A DNA stretch of 64,000 bases from positions 166 to 64,165 of the forward strand of contig CAYFNE010000019.1 in NCBI GenBank assembly GCA_964344355.1, read 5' to 3'. The stretch's first letter is position 1. Every line of letters begins with the position of its first letter. A model generated the notes under the pieces. The model was given only the letters and a program-made list of their open reading frames with translations. It searched no databases and was not told the DNA's origin. This document shows positions 1 to 8,905 of the stretch, in pieces. Position numbers and translations under genes: made by a program. Origin of the DNA: an uncultured Magnetococcales bacterium (GTDB lineage Bacteria; Pseudomonadota; Magnetococcia; Magnetococcales; CAYFNE01).

Positions 1-10
1 GACTGAGTAT

Positions 11-34
11 GTCGGAGCGAGCTTGCTCGCGAAC
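11..34. repeat. REP-like palindromic unit (GTCGGAGCGAGCTTGCTCGCGAAC)
   Basis: GCGAGC-TT-GCTCGC hairpin core. 21/24 identical to the reverse complement of the unit at 49888-49914. Confidence 0.6.
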
Positions 35-101
35 TTTGGACAATGTCCATGCCGGTGCAAGAGAAAAATGCATAACCGGATTGGAACGAATCGACCGGTG
101 A

Positions 102-668
102 TCAGTCTCTGGAATTTTCACCGCTGGCGTTCGAAGATTCCGTTTCGGCGACGGCAAAGGCCCACCAGGGGGCGGATTCGGGGTTGAACAGGGCGTGCCA
201 GTACCAGGCGGATACGGTGCTCCATGAGCGCCCGGAACCGTCGCGGATCCATTCACAAACCCGCAGGCGTTCTCCATGCCTTTCGGCGCTCAGGCAGTTT
301 TGTCGCCGGCCATCGCCGGTCATTCCCATGGGCCGGGGGGTGATGCGGTAATCGATGGCCCGCAGACAGTCGGCGCCGGGGTGCAGTTTTCGCGTCGGCG
401 CCGTGATCCAGCGGAGGATGATCTCCCGCCGGCCATCGGAAAAACGGCCCACCCGGCCGGGAAAACCGGTGGCAAAGGCCCGTTCCCGGTCCGACAGGGG
501 CAGTGGATGGAGCGGCCGTCCCTCCCAGGTGGCCGGCCAGCCGGGGAACGGGATCGATTCCGGGGGCGGTCGTTGCCGGGGTAACAACGGCGCCAACGCC
601 GACGCCAGCAGCGTCAACCAGAAAACAAACCACTCCAGGCGCCGGCCGGTGGGGGTGTGGTTCACCAT
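102..668 (-). CDS. exosortase-associated EpsI-like protein (putative; N-terminal TM anchor + periplasmic domain)
   Basis: Internal Met (MVNHTPTGRRLEWFVFWLTLLASALAPLL...) of track ORF 102..1142. Its start overlaps the exosortase stop as ATGGTGA at 662-668. It has a single N-terminal hydrophobic helix. The position directly after an exosortase matches EpsI-type partners. Function is inferred from context only. Confidence 0.5.
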   Translation of the reverse strand: MVNHTPTGRRLEWFVFWLTLLASALAPLLPRQRPPPESIPFPGWPATWEGRPLHPLPLSDRERAFATGFPGRVGRFSDGRREIILRWITAPTRKLHPGADCLRAIDYRITPRPMGMTGDGRRQNCLSAERHGERLRVCEWIRDGSGRSWSTVSAWYWHALFNPESAPWWAFAVAETESSNASGENSRD

Positions 669-1459
669 CGGCCGATTTTTTCCAGGATGGGCGGCAGGGT
701 CAGGGCCAACAGGAAAAATACCGCCACACCGATACCCTCGTGCCACCAGCCGGGTCCGTGCAGGATGCCGGTCTCCACAAAAAACAGGCTGGCGCCCCGC
801 AGACCATTGGCCCCGATCACCAACAGCAGGCAGACCGCCAGGGCCAGGGCGGTGCGTGGGGCGTTCAACCGGTGAACGACGGCCAGAACCAGGGTCAGGA
901 ACAGCCCGGCCCAAAGCATTTTGACCCCGCTGCAGGGGGCGTCGAACTGAATCATCGTTCCACCCCAGTCGAGCACCGTGCCCCGTCGAGTGACGGGCAT
1001 GCCACTGTTTTGCAATAAAAAGACCGTGACGGTGGCGGCGGCGACCCGGGCGGGGAAACCGAGAAAAAATTGCAGGGAGGGGACGATCGGCAGGCTCAAC
1101 AGGAACAACCCCCAATAGGGGGCGGCCGGCAGGGTTCGCCATCGGTGCAGGTGCAACACGGTGCCGACGGCCATGATGGCGATGGCGCCCCGGGCCAAAA
1201 AGGGCAGGGTGGTCTGGCCCAGGGCATGGAGCGCCAACAGCAGGGCCGGAACCAGCAGTGGCCGGGATGGCCGCTCCCCGCTGGCGGGGAGGGTCAGAAT
1301 CAGGACCAATGTCACTACCAGGACCAGCGGCGCCGCCAGGGATTCAAGCCGGGGAGCGAGCCGATGACCGTAGCCGATCCAACTGTCCCAGCAGGCGGCC
1401 ACCGTCAAGGGCAAAACCCAGAGGGGTGGGGTCACGGTTGTGGATGTCGGAGAGGCCAC
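662..1459 (-). CDS. exosortase family protein (small, about 265 aa)
   Basis: Polytopic membrane protein. It carries the exosortase hallmark residues: Cys in DAPCSGVKMLW, Arg in ANGLRGASLF and a downstream His (WWHEGIG). It overlaps the upstream PEP-CTERM gene by 28 nt. Confidence 0.8.
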   Translation of the reverse strand: MASPTSTTVTPPLWVLPLTVAACWDSWIGYGHRLAPRLESLAAPLVLVVTLVLILTLPASGERPSRPLLVPALLLALHALGQTTLPFLARGAIAIMAVGTVLHLHRWRTLPAAPYWGLFLLSLPIVPSLQFFLGFPARVAAATVTVFLLQNSGMPVTRRGTVLDWGGTMIQFDAPCSGVKMLWAGLFLTLVLAVVHRLNAPRTALALAVCLLLVIGANGLRGASLFFVETGILHGPGWWHEGIGVAVFFLLALTLPPILEKIGRW

Positions 1460-3876
1460 CGCAATCGTCGTCGAAAATGCCAGGTGAGGGCCAGCAGGAC
1501 GGCGATCAACAACAGCCAGGTTTCCGGTTCGGGGATGGTGGGAACGGTGCCGACGGTGTTCGGGGCCAGATCGTTGGCTTCATAGTCGGCGTCGGTTTCC
1601 AGCACCACGGCGCCACTGACCGGGGTGATCAACCGATGTGCGGTGGCCAACTCGATGGCCCGCTTGCGGCTGTCCGGTTTTTTCCCACGGAGGAGACGGT
1701 CGATTTCCCGCTTGGCCCACAGGGCGGCGATATGGCGGTTTTTCGGCCAGGAACCGGTCGCCTCCGGCAACTCCGCCAGGGGGAGACGCCGTTGCCGGGT
1801 TTCCGGCATCGGTTTACCGGGCCACAGGGCCGTAAGGGTGTCGGTCAACCGTTCCGGGGCGATTTCCAGGCGCGTCAACCGCCGGCTGTGATATTTCAGT
1901 CCGGTATCGGCCAGCGGCAGGTTTTCCCCGGGAATCAATGCCAGATCGATCAAACGGGGAAAGGTCGGCAAACGGTCCAGCAACTGTTCCAGGACCATTT
2001 TGTCCGTTTCGAACGTCACCGGTTGCGGACCGTGGATCCACAGGATCATCCCCTGTTCGGTCGCTGCCAGCCGGTTGACCGCTTCCGTCAGGGCGGCGGC
2101 GTTGTAGCGGCCCCCTTCGAAAGGGTATTCCCGCAGGGTTCGGAGCCAGTTTTTTTTCCGCTCCCCGTCCCAGGGGGCCACGGGGAGGATCATCGGCCGG
2201 TCGCCGGCGATCACCAGGCCGGTGGCCAGTCCTGGCGGGATGGTGGAAAAAATGTGTTTGAATCGATGGATCATCGGCTGGCCGGCCAGACCGTGGGAAC
2301 CATCGATGACGATCATCAACCGGTCGACCGGGGTTGGCGGAGGGGCGGTCCACTCCTGGAGGATGGCCGACTTTTGTTCATCGCCCGGATCCGGTGTCCA
2401 GACCGTCGGCGCCGGTACCGGCAACGGCAGGCCGATGCGTGCCTGCGGAGAGCGGAGTTCCCGGTCGGAAAGGGTGCCGCGCAGACGATAACCGTTGTCG
2501 CCGGCCGGCTCCCGGAGGAGGGATGACAGCGGTGTGTCGAGGCTGTCCTTGGATTCGAACCACACTGCGTGGATAGCGTCGGTCGGCAGATGAAAATTTT
2601 CGTCGATGAGGATCGGCAACAGCAACTCGCCACGGTCCGGGGCGATGGCCCGGATGGGGGCGGTGATGCCCAGGCGGAATTTTAAACCTTCTCCGGCCGG
2701 GATGGGAAAGGCCTGGGCGAAAATGCGGTCCGGTCCGCGGCTGGTCACCAGCAGCGGATCGCGCCGGCGCCGCACCACCTCCTTGTAGGCCTTGCTGGTT
2801 TCGGCGCGGCCGGCGAACACCGCCTCCCGTTCTTCCCCCGCCACCCACAGGGTGGCGCGGCTGACCACGCCGCCCGGCGGCAGGGCGATCAGGGCCCGGG
2901 CCTCCCGCTGGCGGTTTGAGTCGTTCTCGAAGGCCAATGTCCACTCCAGATAGGCCAGCGCCCCGGTCGCCGACAGGGAACCGTCGAGCCGGGAGGCCTC
3001 CAGCCGCAACCCGTTTTGCCGGGCGCCGATCCGATCGCCGCCCTGGTCGAAATCCCGGTCGATTTGCCGCAGGAAGGTGAACCGGTCCGGGTTGGCCGGC
3101 GGGCCATCGTTGAACCGGTGGCCGGTCACCCGGTAATGGAGGGTATGCGCCCGGGCGGGAGAGAGGTCGGTCTGGTTGGAAAAAACCAGCAACAACGGTC
3201 CCTGGATGGTGGTGCGCCGGAAACGGCCCAGTCGTCGGAGATAGGTTTCATCCCCCAGATGACGCAACAACCACAATCCCCGCTCCCGGGTTTCCACATC
3301 GCTGTCCGATCCCCATTTCACCCCCAGCAGGGTCGGCATCAGGACCATATCCTGAGAAGCGACCAACAGCAGACCACAGAGCAGTCCCAGCCACAGGGGG
3401 CGCGGCCCGGTTTTTTCCGAGTGGGCATCGAGTCGTGGCCGCAGATGGTTGCGGTACAGCTTGATCGCCACGATCCATGCCGACAGGGGGGCGAACACCA
3501 TGATCGGCGTCAGCAGAAAAACCAGAAATATCGACAGGGGCAGCAGGGGAATAAAGGGAAGGGTATAGAGCCCCGCCACCACCCAGACCGTGGCATTGAC
3601 GAACCGCAACCGGTCGAGAGACGGTGCGGCCTCATCTCTCAGTTGCTGCCAAACCATGAAATTGGCGGCGGGGACGGTGGCGGCCACCAGGAGATGCCAG
3701 AAGGTGGGCAGGGGATCGAACAGCTCGTTGGCGCAAAAACCGAAAAACCACTCCAAAAGGATGGTCATGGCCGGAAAGAGCACCCCGAGGGACAACAGCA
3801 TGAAACCGGGCGGTTTCAGGGGTCGGGCGGCGGACCGGCCGGGCTGGACGTCGCTGTTTCGGGAAGGGCCGCTCAC
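1432..3876 (-). CDS. multi-TM N-terminus + VIT-like + vWA-like domain protein with C-terminal PEP-CTERM sorting signal
   Basis: The C-terminus ...VPTIPEPETWLLLIAVLLALTWHFRRR is a PEP motif + TM helix + Arg cluster. The central region resembles VIT (LAFENDSNRQREARALIALPPGGVVSRATLWVAGEEREAVF...). It is followed by a vWA-like stretch (LMIVIDGSHGL...MILWIHGPQP). About 6 hydrophobic helices lie in the first 190 aa. Confidence 0.85.
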   Translation of the reverse strand: MSGPSRNSDVQPGRSAARPLKPPGFMLLSLGVLFPAMTILLEWFFGFCANELFDPLPTFWHLLVAATVPAANFMVWQQLRDEAAPSLDRLRFVNATVWVVAGLYTLPFIPLLPLSIFLVFLLTPIMVFAPLSAWIVAIKLYRNHLRPRLDAHSEKTGPRPLWLGLLCGLLLVASQDMVLMPTLLGVKWGSDSDVETRERGLWLLRHLGDETYLRRLGRFRRTTIQGPLLLVFSNQTDLSPARAHTLHYRVTGHRFNDGPPANPDRFTFLRQIDRDFDQGGDRIGARQNGLRLEASRLDGSLSATGALAYLEWTLAFENDSNRQREARALIALPPGGVVSRATLWVAGEEREAVFAGRAETSKAYKEVVRRRRDPLLVTSRGPDRIFAQAFPIPAGEGLKFRLGITAPIRAIAPDRGELLLPILIDENFHLPTDAIHAVWFESKDSLDTPLSSLLREPAGDNGYRLRGTLSDRELRSPQARIGLPLPVPAPTVWTPDPGDEQKSAILQEWTAPPPTPVDRLMIVIDGSHGLAGQPMIHRFKHIFSTIPPGLATGLVIAGDRPMILPVAPWDGERKKNWLRTLREYPFEGGRYNAAALTEAVNRLAATEQGMILWIHGPQPVTFETDKMVLEQLLDRLPTFPRLIDLALIPGENLPLADTGLKYHSRRLTRLEIAPERLTDTLTALWPGKPMPETRQRRLPLAELPEATGSWPKNRHIAALWAKREIDRLLRGKKPDSRKRAIELATAHRLITPVSGAVVLETDADYEANDLAPNTVGTVPTIPEPETWLLLIAVLLALTWHFRRRLRWPLRHPQP

Positions 3877-3908
3877 TGGTTTCTCTTTACCCGCGCCTTA
3901 AAGAGTTT

Positions 3909-3986
3909 GGTGATCCATCTTACCAGAGAGGGGTCAGGTGGGTCACCCCATCTGACCCATCTGACGTCTTCATTTCTTCGATTTTA
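3909..3986. repeat. left copy of about 80-bp direct repeat bracketing the CRISPR locus
   Basis: GGTGATCCATCTTACCAGAGAGGGGTCAGGTGGGTCACCCCA matches 5034-5075 at 39/42. It is followed by GTCTTCATTTCTTCGATTTTAG, which matches the first 22 nt of the CRISPR repeat at 18/22. Confidence 0.85.
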
Positions 3987-4105
3987 GAAAACGGAAGACA
4001 GAGGGCGGAGGACAGAGGCGCTCTGTTTCGGAGTAAGCCGGTACGGTAGGGCGGGGTTACGCCCCCGCCGAATGGCTCAAGGATGCTAAAGGAGCCGAAA
4101 CGGAT

Positions 4106-4762
4106 GTCTCCATCCCTTCGATTTCAGGGCAGGGTCTTTTACGGAGGACGGAAGACAGAGGACGGAAGACAGAGGCGCCCTATTGGTTTGAGAGTCTTCA
4201 TTAAGCCCGAAAAAAACTACAATATATCAAGTGGTAAGCATCCATCCCTTCGATTTCAGGGCAGGGTCCGGACCAACTGACCATTGCACAACATCACACG
4301 TCGAAACGTCTCCATCCCTTCGATTTCAGGGCAGGGTCCGGACCCTTCTTCCCCGGCATCTTCGGATGCGGACCCGAGTCTCCATCCCTTCGATTTCAGG
4401 GCAGGGTCCGGACTGTCACTGTGGCTATTGCAGTCATGACCGCTGGGTCTCCATCCCTTCGATTTCAGGGCAGGGTCCGGACTCTATCAGGGGTGCCGGA
4501 TGGTGGGGAAGCCCTCCGTCTCCATCCCTTCGATTTCAGGGCAGGGTCCGGACAGAAGTATCTCGGGCGGGATGTGGTCGACGCCGTGTCTCCATCCCTT
4601 CGATTTCAGGGCAGGGTCCGGACGGTGAAAGCCTGCGGGAATGACATTCTGAGCACTGTCTCCATCCCTTCGATTTCAGGGCAGGGTCCGGACAGAGAGT
4701 CCCCTTCCATCGGCCAGGATGCCATCGTCTCCATCCCTTCGATTTCAGGGCAGGGTCCGGAC
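4106..4762 (-). CRISPR. CRISPR array, 9 repeats of 36 bp, no adjacent cas genes
   Basis: Repeat (+ strand) is GTCTCCATCCCTTCGATTTCAGGGCAGGGTCCGGAC, starting at 4106, 4238, 4308, 4378, 4447, 4518, 4588, 4658 and 4727. The last seven are identical. The 4106 copy differs in its last 5 nt and the 4238 copy has 2 mismatches. Unique spacers are 33-35 bp, plus one irregular 96-bp gap at 4142-4237. The strand is inferred from leader position and repeat decay polarity. Confidence 0.95.
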
Positions 4763-4960
4763 CCCTAACTGTCACGCAACTGACTGTTTTTAAAGACGAA
4801 AAAATCGCATAAGTAAAGCAATAAAAAGTTAGACGCAAAATCATCCATACCTGCTTGATTTTTATGACGGAAAGAAAAATTTAATCGAGTGTACCTGTTT
4901 AATTTTAAACAGCTTTCTCCTGACAGGGCGTATGTTCGATATTTTGCCATAAAGAGTGTC
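4763..4960 (-). promoter_or_regulatory. putative CRISPR leader (AT-rich)
   Basis: A markedly AT-rich stretch in a GC-rich genome. It abuts the end of the array that has perfect repeats, while the degenerate repeats lie at the opposite end. Confidence 0.55.
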
Positions 4961-5033
4961 TTCTTCTCCCAAAAAAGTTAGCTTTCCCTGTCCGCCACCG
5001 TCGTAAACAGCCCGGGCCATCCGGCTCCCACCT

Positions 5034-5110
5034 GGTGATCCATCTTACCAGAGATGGGTCGGATGGGTCACCCCATTCGGTGAACCATCTGGACATCTCC
5101 ATCCCTTCAC
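5034..5110. repeat. right copy of about 80-bp direct repeat bracketing the CRISPR locus
   Basis: GGTGATCCATCTTACCAGAGATGGGTCGGATGGGTCACCCCA is followed by ATCTCCATCCCTTCAC, which resembles the 5' part of the CRISPR repeat GTCTCCATCCCTTCGA. Confidence 0.85.
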
Positions 5111-5371
5111 TCGGTCTTTTCATGTATTTTTTGGGAATGGACGACGGCGAGGAGCATAAAACCGATTCATCCGGTGATTTTTTTCAATAAATGGTGCGTT
5201 TATGTCCCGAAATCCCCTGCCCGGAAAAAGAGATGGTGGATTCTGGCGCGCATGATGGTTTGCGCCATCACCGGAAATATGATCTACTGAAAGGCTATGA
5301 TCGTTTCGAGAGTGGGCGGTTTCCCAGGATACTTCCAGGTATTTCCGGTGGCAGTGGGGTGAAAGGCGGAG

Positions 5372-6076
5372 ATGGATGCGGCGTTGAATCATCTGAACCA
5401 ACATATCATCGTCTGCGGCCTCAGCGTGTTGGGAGAGGCGGTCTGTACCGCCCTGGTGGAGGAACAGAAGGCCTTCGTGGCCGTCGATCAGGATGAAACA
5501 CGGGTGGAAAAGGCCCGGGAGCGGGGCTGGAACGCCATCGCCGGCAACGTCACCGAACCCGATATCTGGCAGGAAGTCGCCCTGGTCCGTGCCCACAGCG
5601 TCATCAGCACCCTGATCGACGAGTCCGCCAACGTCTATGTCATTCTGCGGGTGCGGGAACAACGACCGGACTGTTTCATCGTCTCCTGCGGGTCGTCGCG
5701 GGCCTCGGAGGGACGGTTGAAACGGGTGGGGGCCAACCGGGTGGTCTCGCCGTTCATCATGGGCGGCGCGCAGATGGCCCATACCGCCCTGCGTCCCGCC
5801 GCCATCCAGTTTTTCGACATGGCCTTCAAGCGGGACCATGTGGAACTGGAGATGGATGAGTTGACCGTACCGGCGGATTCCTCCATCCTGGAGAGCCCCC
5901 TGCAGGAACTGTACGACATTCCGGAGTTGGGAGATGTGATCGTCGTCGGTTATATCTCCAGGGGCAAGGAGATCGAATTCAACCCCAAAGGGGAAACCAT
6001 CTGCCATGCCGGTGACATCCTGATCTGCCTCGGCCATATCGATGATCTGGCCCAGTTCCGGAACGCCTTGAAATAA
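5372..6076 (+). CDS. TrkA-N/TrkA-C (RCK) domain potassium transport/channel regulatory protein
   Basis: Rossmann-type start HIIVCGLSVLGEAV. C-terminal TrkA-C-like segment (LTVPADSSILESPLQEL...GDILICLG). Confidence 0.85.
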   Translation: MDAALNHLNQHIIVCGLSVLGEAVCTALVEEQKAFVAVDQDETRVEKARERGWNAIAGNVTEPDIWQEVALVRAHSVISTLIDESANVYVILRVREQRPDCFIVSCGSSRASEGRLKRVGANRVVSPFIMGGAQMAHTALRPAAIQFFDMAFKRDHVELEMDELTVPADSSILESPLQELYDIPELGDVIVVGYISRGKEIEFNPKGETICHAGDILICLGHIDDLAQFRNALK

Positions 6077-6125
6077 CGCCCGTCCGCCGGGATCGCCGGC
6101 CGGCCGGTTCTTTGCTGAGGAGTGA

Positions 6126-7547
6126 TTGCGAGGTTTGCCCATGAGCGCTCAAACCCTGTTCGAGAAGGTTTGGAACGACCATCTGATCCGTACCGATGAC
6201 GATGGCACCAGCTTGATCCATATCGACCGACATCTGGTCCACGAGGTGACCAGCCCCCAGGCCTTCGAGGGATTGCGCCTGGCCAACCGCCGGGTGCGGC
6301 GCGCCGATGCCACCTTCGCCGTGCCGGATCACAACGTGCCGACCCGCGATCTGGACCGGGGCATCACCGATCCCATCGCCCGTTTGCAGGTGGAAACCCT
6401 GGACCGCAACTGCCAGGAGTTCGGCGTCACCCAGTTCGGCATGGGTGACATCCGTCAAGGGGTGGTGCATGTCATGGCCCCGGAACAGGGCATCGTTCTG
6501 CCGGGCCTGACCGTGGTCTGCGGCGACTCCCACACCGCCACCCATGGCGCCTTCGGGGCCCTGGCCTTCGGTATCGGCACCTCGGAGGTGGAACATGTCC
6601 TGGCCACCCAGACCCTGCCACAGAAAAAACCGAAAACCATGTTGATCCGCATCGATGGCCGCTTGGCGGCCGGCGTGTCGGCCAAGGACCTGGTGCTGGG
6701 CATCATCGCCCACATCGGTACCGCCGGCGGCACCGGTCATGTGATCGAATTCGCCGGCGAGGCCATCGAGGCCCTGAGCATGGAGGGCCGCATGACCGTC
6801 TGCAACATGGCCATCGAGGGTGGCGCCCGGGCCGGCATGGTGGCGGTGGACGACAAAACCATCGATTATCTCAAGGATCGGCCCCTGGCGCCCAAAGGCG
6901 AACTGTGGACCCGGGCGGTGGCCGCCTGGCGCGGGTTGCGCAGCGATGAGGGGGCCCGTTTCGATCGGGTCATCGAACTGGATGCCGCCGACATCCGGCC
7001 CCAGGTCTCCTGGGGGACCTCGCCGGAAATGACCCTGCCGGTGGATGCCCGGGTGCCCGATCCCGCCGCCGAACCGGATCCGCAACGGCGTGATGGCATG
7101 GAAAAGGCCCTGGCCTACATGGGCCTGACGCCGGGTACGCCGTTGACCGACATCAGCATCGACAAGGTGTTCATCGGCTCCTGCACCAACGGTCGCATCG
7201 AAGACCTCCGCGAAGCGGCGCGGGTGGTCGAGGGCCGCCGGGTGGCGGCCGGGGTCAAACTGGCGATGGTGGTGCCGGGCACCGGTCTGGTCAAGGCCCG
7301 GGCCGAGTCCGAGGGGTTGGACCGGGTTTTCGTCAATGCCGGTTTCGAATGGCGCAGTCCCGGCTGTTCCATGTGTCTGGCCATGAACAGCGATACCCTG
7401 TCACCGGGTGAACGGTGCGCCTCCACCTCCAACCGCAATTTCGAGGGCCGTCAAGGGGCCGGGGGCCGTACCCACCTGGTCAGTCCGGCCATGGCCGCGG
7501 CGGCGGCGGTGACCGGCCATTTCACCGATATTCGCAATTGGAGTTGA
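6126..7547 (+). CDS. leuC: 3-isopropylmalate dehydratase large subunit
   Basis: Full-length aconitase-family LeuC signature ([11 protein letters not shown]..., [35 protein letters not shown]). The alternative ATG start at 6141 aligns better with known LeuC N-termini. Confidence 0.97.
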   Translation: MRGLPMSAQTLFEKVWNDHLIRTDDDGTSLIHIDRHLVHEVTSPQAFEGLRLANRRVRRADATFAVPDHNVPTRDLDRGITDPIARLQVETLDRNCQEFGVTQFGMGDIRQGVVHVMAPEQGIVLPGLTVVCGDSHTATHGAFGALAFGIGTSEVEHVLATQTLPQKKPKTMLIRIDGRLAAGVSAKDLVLGIIAHIGTAGGTGHVIEFAGEAIEALSMEGRMTVCNMAIEGGARAGMVAVDDKTIDYLKDRPLAPKGELWTRAVAAWRGLRSDEGARFDRVIELDAADIRPQVSWGTSPEMTLPVDARVPDPAAEPDPQRRDGMEKALAYMGLTPGTPLTDISIDKVFIGSCTNGRIEDLREAARVVEGRRVAAGVKLAMVVPGTGLVKARAESEGLDRVFVNAGFEWRSPGCSMCLAMNSDTLSPGERCASTSNRNFEGRQGAGGRTHLVSPAMAAAAAVTGHFTDIRNWS

Positions 7548-7549
7548 CG

Positions 7550-8215
7550 ATGGACCTGGAACTGATCCTCTTCAAGGCCTGTCCCTTCGCCCAGCGGGTG
7601 ACCATCACCCTGCTGCACACCGGTCTGCCCTACCAGCAGACCCTGATCAATCCCGCCGACCGACCGGACTGGTTGCGGACCATCTCGCCCCTGGGCCAGG
7701 TCCCCCTGTTGCGGGTCAACGGCGACACCGTTCTGTTCGATTCGTCGGTGATCAACGAATTCATCAACGACAGCGCCGGCGCCGGCTTGTTGCCCGCCGA
7801 TGCCCTGGACCGCGCCCGTTGCCGGGCCACGATCGAGTTCGGCGGCAACTGCATGAGTGATTTCTCCGCCATGATCACGGCCCCGGATGAGGCCGCCTTT
7901 GGCGCCGCCCGGGAAAAATTGATGAAAAAACTGCACTGGCTGGAGGCGGAATGGTCCGGGGATGACCGATTTTTCACCGGCGGTCGTTTTTCACTGGTGG
8001 ACGCCTCCTATGGACCGCTGTTCATGCGCATGAACGCCCTGGAGGCCATCGTCCCCTTCCAGGAACCGGAGGTGCTGCCCCGGGTGAGCCGCTGGGGGAC
8101 GTCATTGTTGGCGATGGATGCGGTGAAAAACTCCATCGGCCGGTTTGATGTCCTGTTCAAGAAGGTCGTGCAATCGCGCGGCAAGGGTGGATTCGTCGAC
8201 TCCCGATTGGGATAG
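7550..8215 (+). CDS. glutathione S-transferase family protein (Cys-type CPFAQR active site)
   Basis: Thioredoxin-like N-domain [13 protein letters not shown]...VPLL...SSVINEF plus an alpha-helical C-domain. ATG at 7550 lies 2 nt after the leuC stop. The longer track ORF start (7415) overlaps leuC and was rejected. Confidence 0.85.
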   Translation: MDLELILFKACPFAQRVTITLLHTGLPYQQTLINPADRPDWLRTISPLGQVPLLRVNGDTVLFDSSVINEFINDSAGAGLLPADALDRARCRATIEFGGNCMSDFSAMITAPDEAAFGAAREKLMKKLHWLEAEWSGDDRFFTGGRFSLVDASYGPLFMRMNALEAIVPFQEPEVLPRVSRWGTSLLAMDAVKNSIGRFDVLFKKVVQSRGKGGFVDSRLG

Positions 8216-8231
8216 GAGCTGTTACGTCATC

Positions 8232-8876
8232 ATGGAACCATTCGTCACCTTTACCGCCCGGACCGCGCCGTTGGACCGGGTCAATGTCGATACCGACGCC
8301 ATCATCCCGAAACAGTTCCTGAAATCGATCCAACGGTCCGGTTTCGGACCCAACCTGTTCGATGAATGGCGATATCTGGACCGGGGCGAACCGGGCCAAT
8401 CCTGCGAAGGGCGGCCGGAAAACCCCGATTTCGTCCTCAACCAGCCCCGTTACCGGCAGGCGGGCATTTTGCTGGCCCGTGATAATTTCGGCTGCGGTTC
8501 CAGCCGCGAGCACGCCCCCTGGGCGTTGGCCGATTATGGATTCCGGGTGATCATCGCCCCCGGTTTCGCGGATATTTTTTTCAACAACTGTTTCAAGAAC
8601 GGCATCCTGCCGTTGGTGCTGGACGCGGCGACGGTCGAGCGGCTGTTCGTCGAAACCCGGGCCAGCGAAGGGTATGAGCTGACCGTGGACCTGGAAAACC
8701 GAACCGTCACCACGCCGGGGGGTGAAAAAATTTCCTTCGAGGTGGATCCGTTCCGTCGTCACTGTCTGTTGAACGGTCTGGACGATATCGGCCTGACCCT
8801 GGAGCATCTGCCGGAAATCGAACGGTTCGAGGCCCGGCGCCGCCAGTCGGCCCCCTGGGCATTCGTCAATCAATAG
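8232..8876 (+). CDS. leuD: 3-isopropylmalate dehydratase small subunit
   Basis: [31 protein letters not shown]..., [13 protein letters not shown]. Internal start of track ORF 8145..8876. Confidence 0.95.
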   Translation: MEPFVTFTARTAPLDRVNVDTDAIIPKQFLKSIQRSGFGPNLFDEWRYLDRGEPGQSCEGRPENPDFVLNQPRYRQAGILLARDNFGCGSSREHAPWALADYGFRVIIAPGFADIFFNNCFKNGILPLVLDAATVERLFVETRASEGYELTVDLENRTVTTPGGEKISFEVDPFRRHCLLNGLDDIGLTLEHLPEIERFEARRRQSAPWAFVNQ

Positions 8877-8905
8877 ATCGTCAATTCAAGGAGTTTATCG
8901 GAATC

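Noticed and set aside
102-1142. Full-length 346-aa ORF on the minus strand
   Set aside because: Its upstream 158 codons overlap the exosortase gene out of frame and are Arg/Gly/Pro-rich shadow sequence. Only the distal part from Met at 668 (start coupled to the exosortase stop) looks like a real gene.
1258-3987. Long + strand ORFs (1258..2526, 3016..3987, etc.) opposite the VIT-vWA gene
   Set aside because: Typical high-GC antisense ORFs with Arg/Gly/Pro-rich, motif-free sequence. The minus-strand gene has clear domain content.
4083-4844. Track ORFs encoding repeated SPSLRFQGRVRT / SIPSISGQGPD peptides (4083..4280, 4231..4644, 4421..4768, 4536..4844)
   Set aside because: They are translations of the 36-bp CRISPR repeats in different frames. 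The periodicity comes from the array, not from a repeat protein.
5120-7085. 340-aa and 368-aa minus-strand ORFs overlapping trkA-like and leuC
   Set aside because: They are antisense to genes with unambiguous family signatures, and their composition is typical of shadow ORFs.
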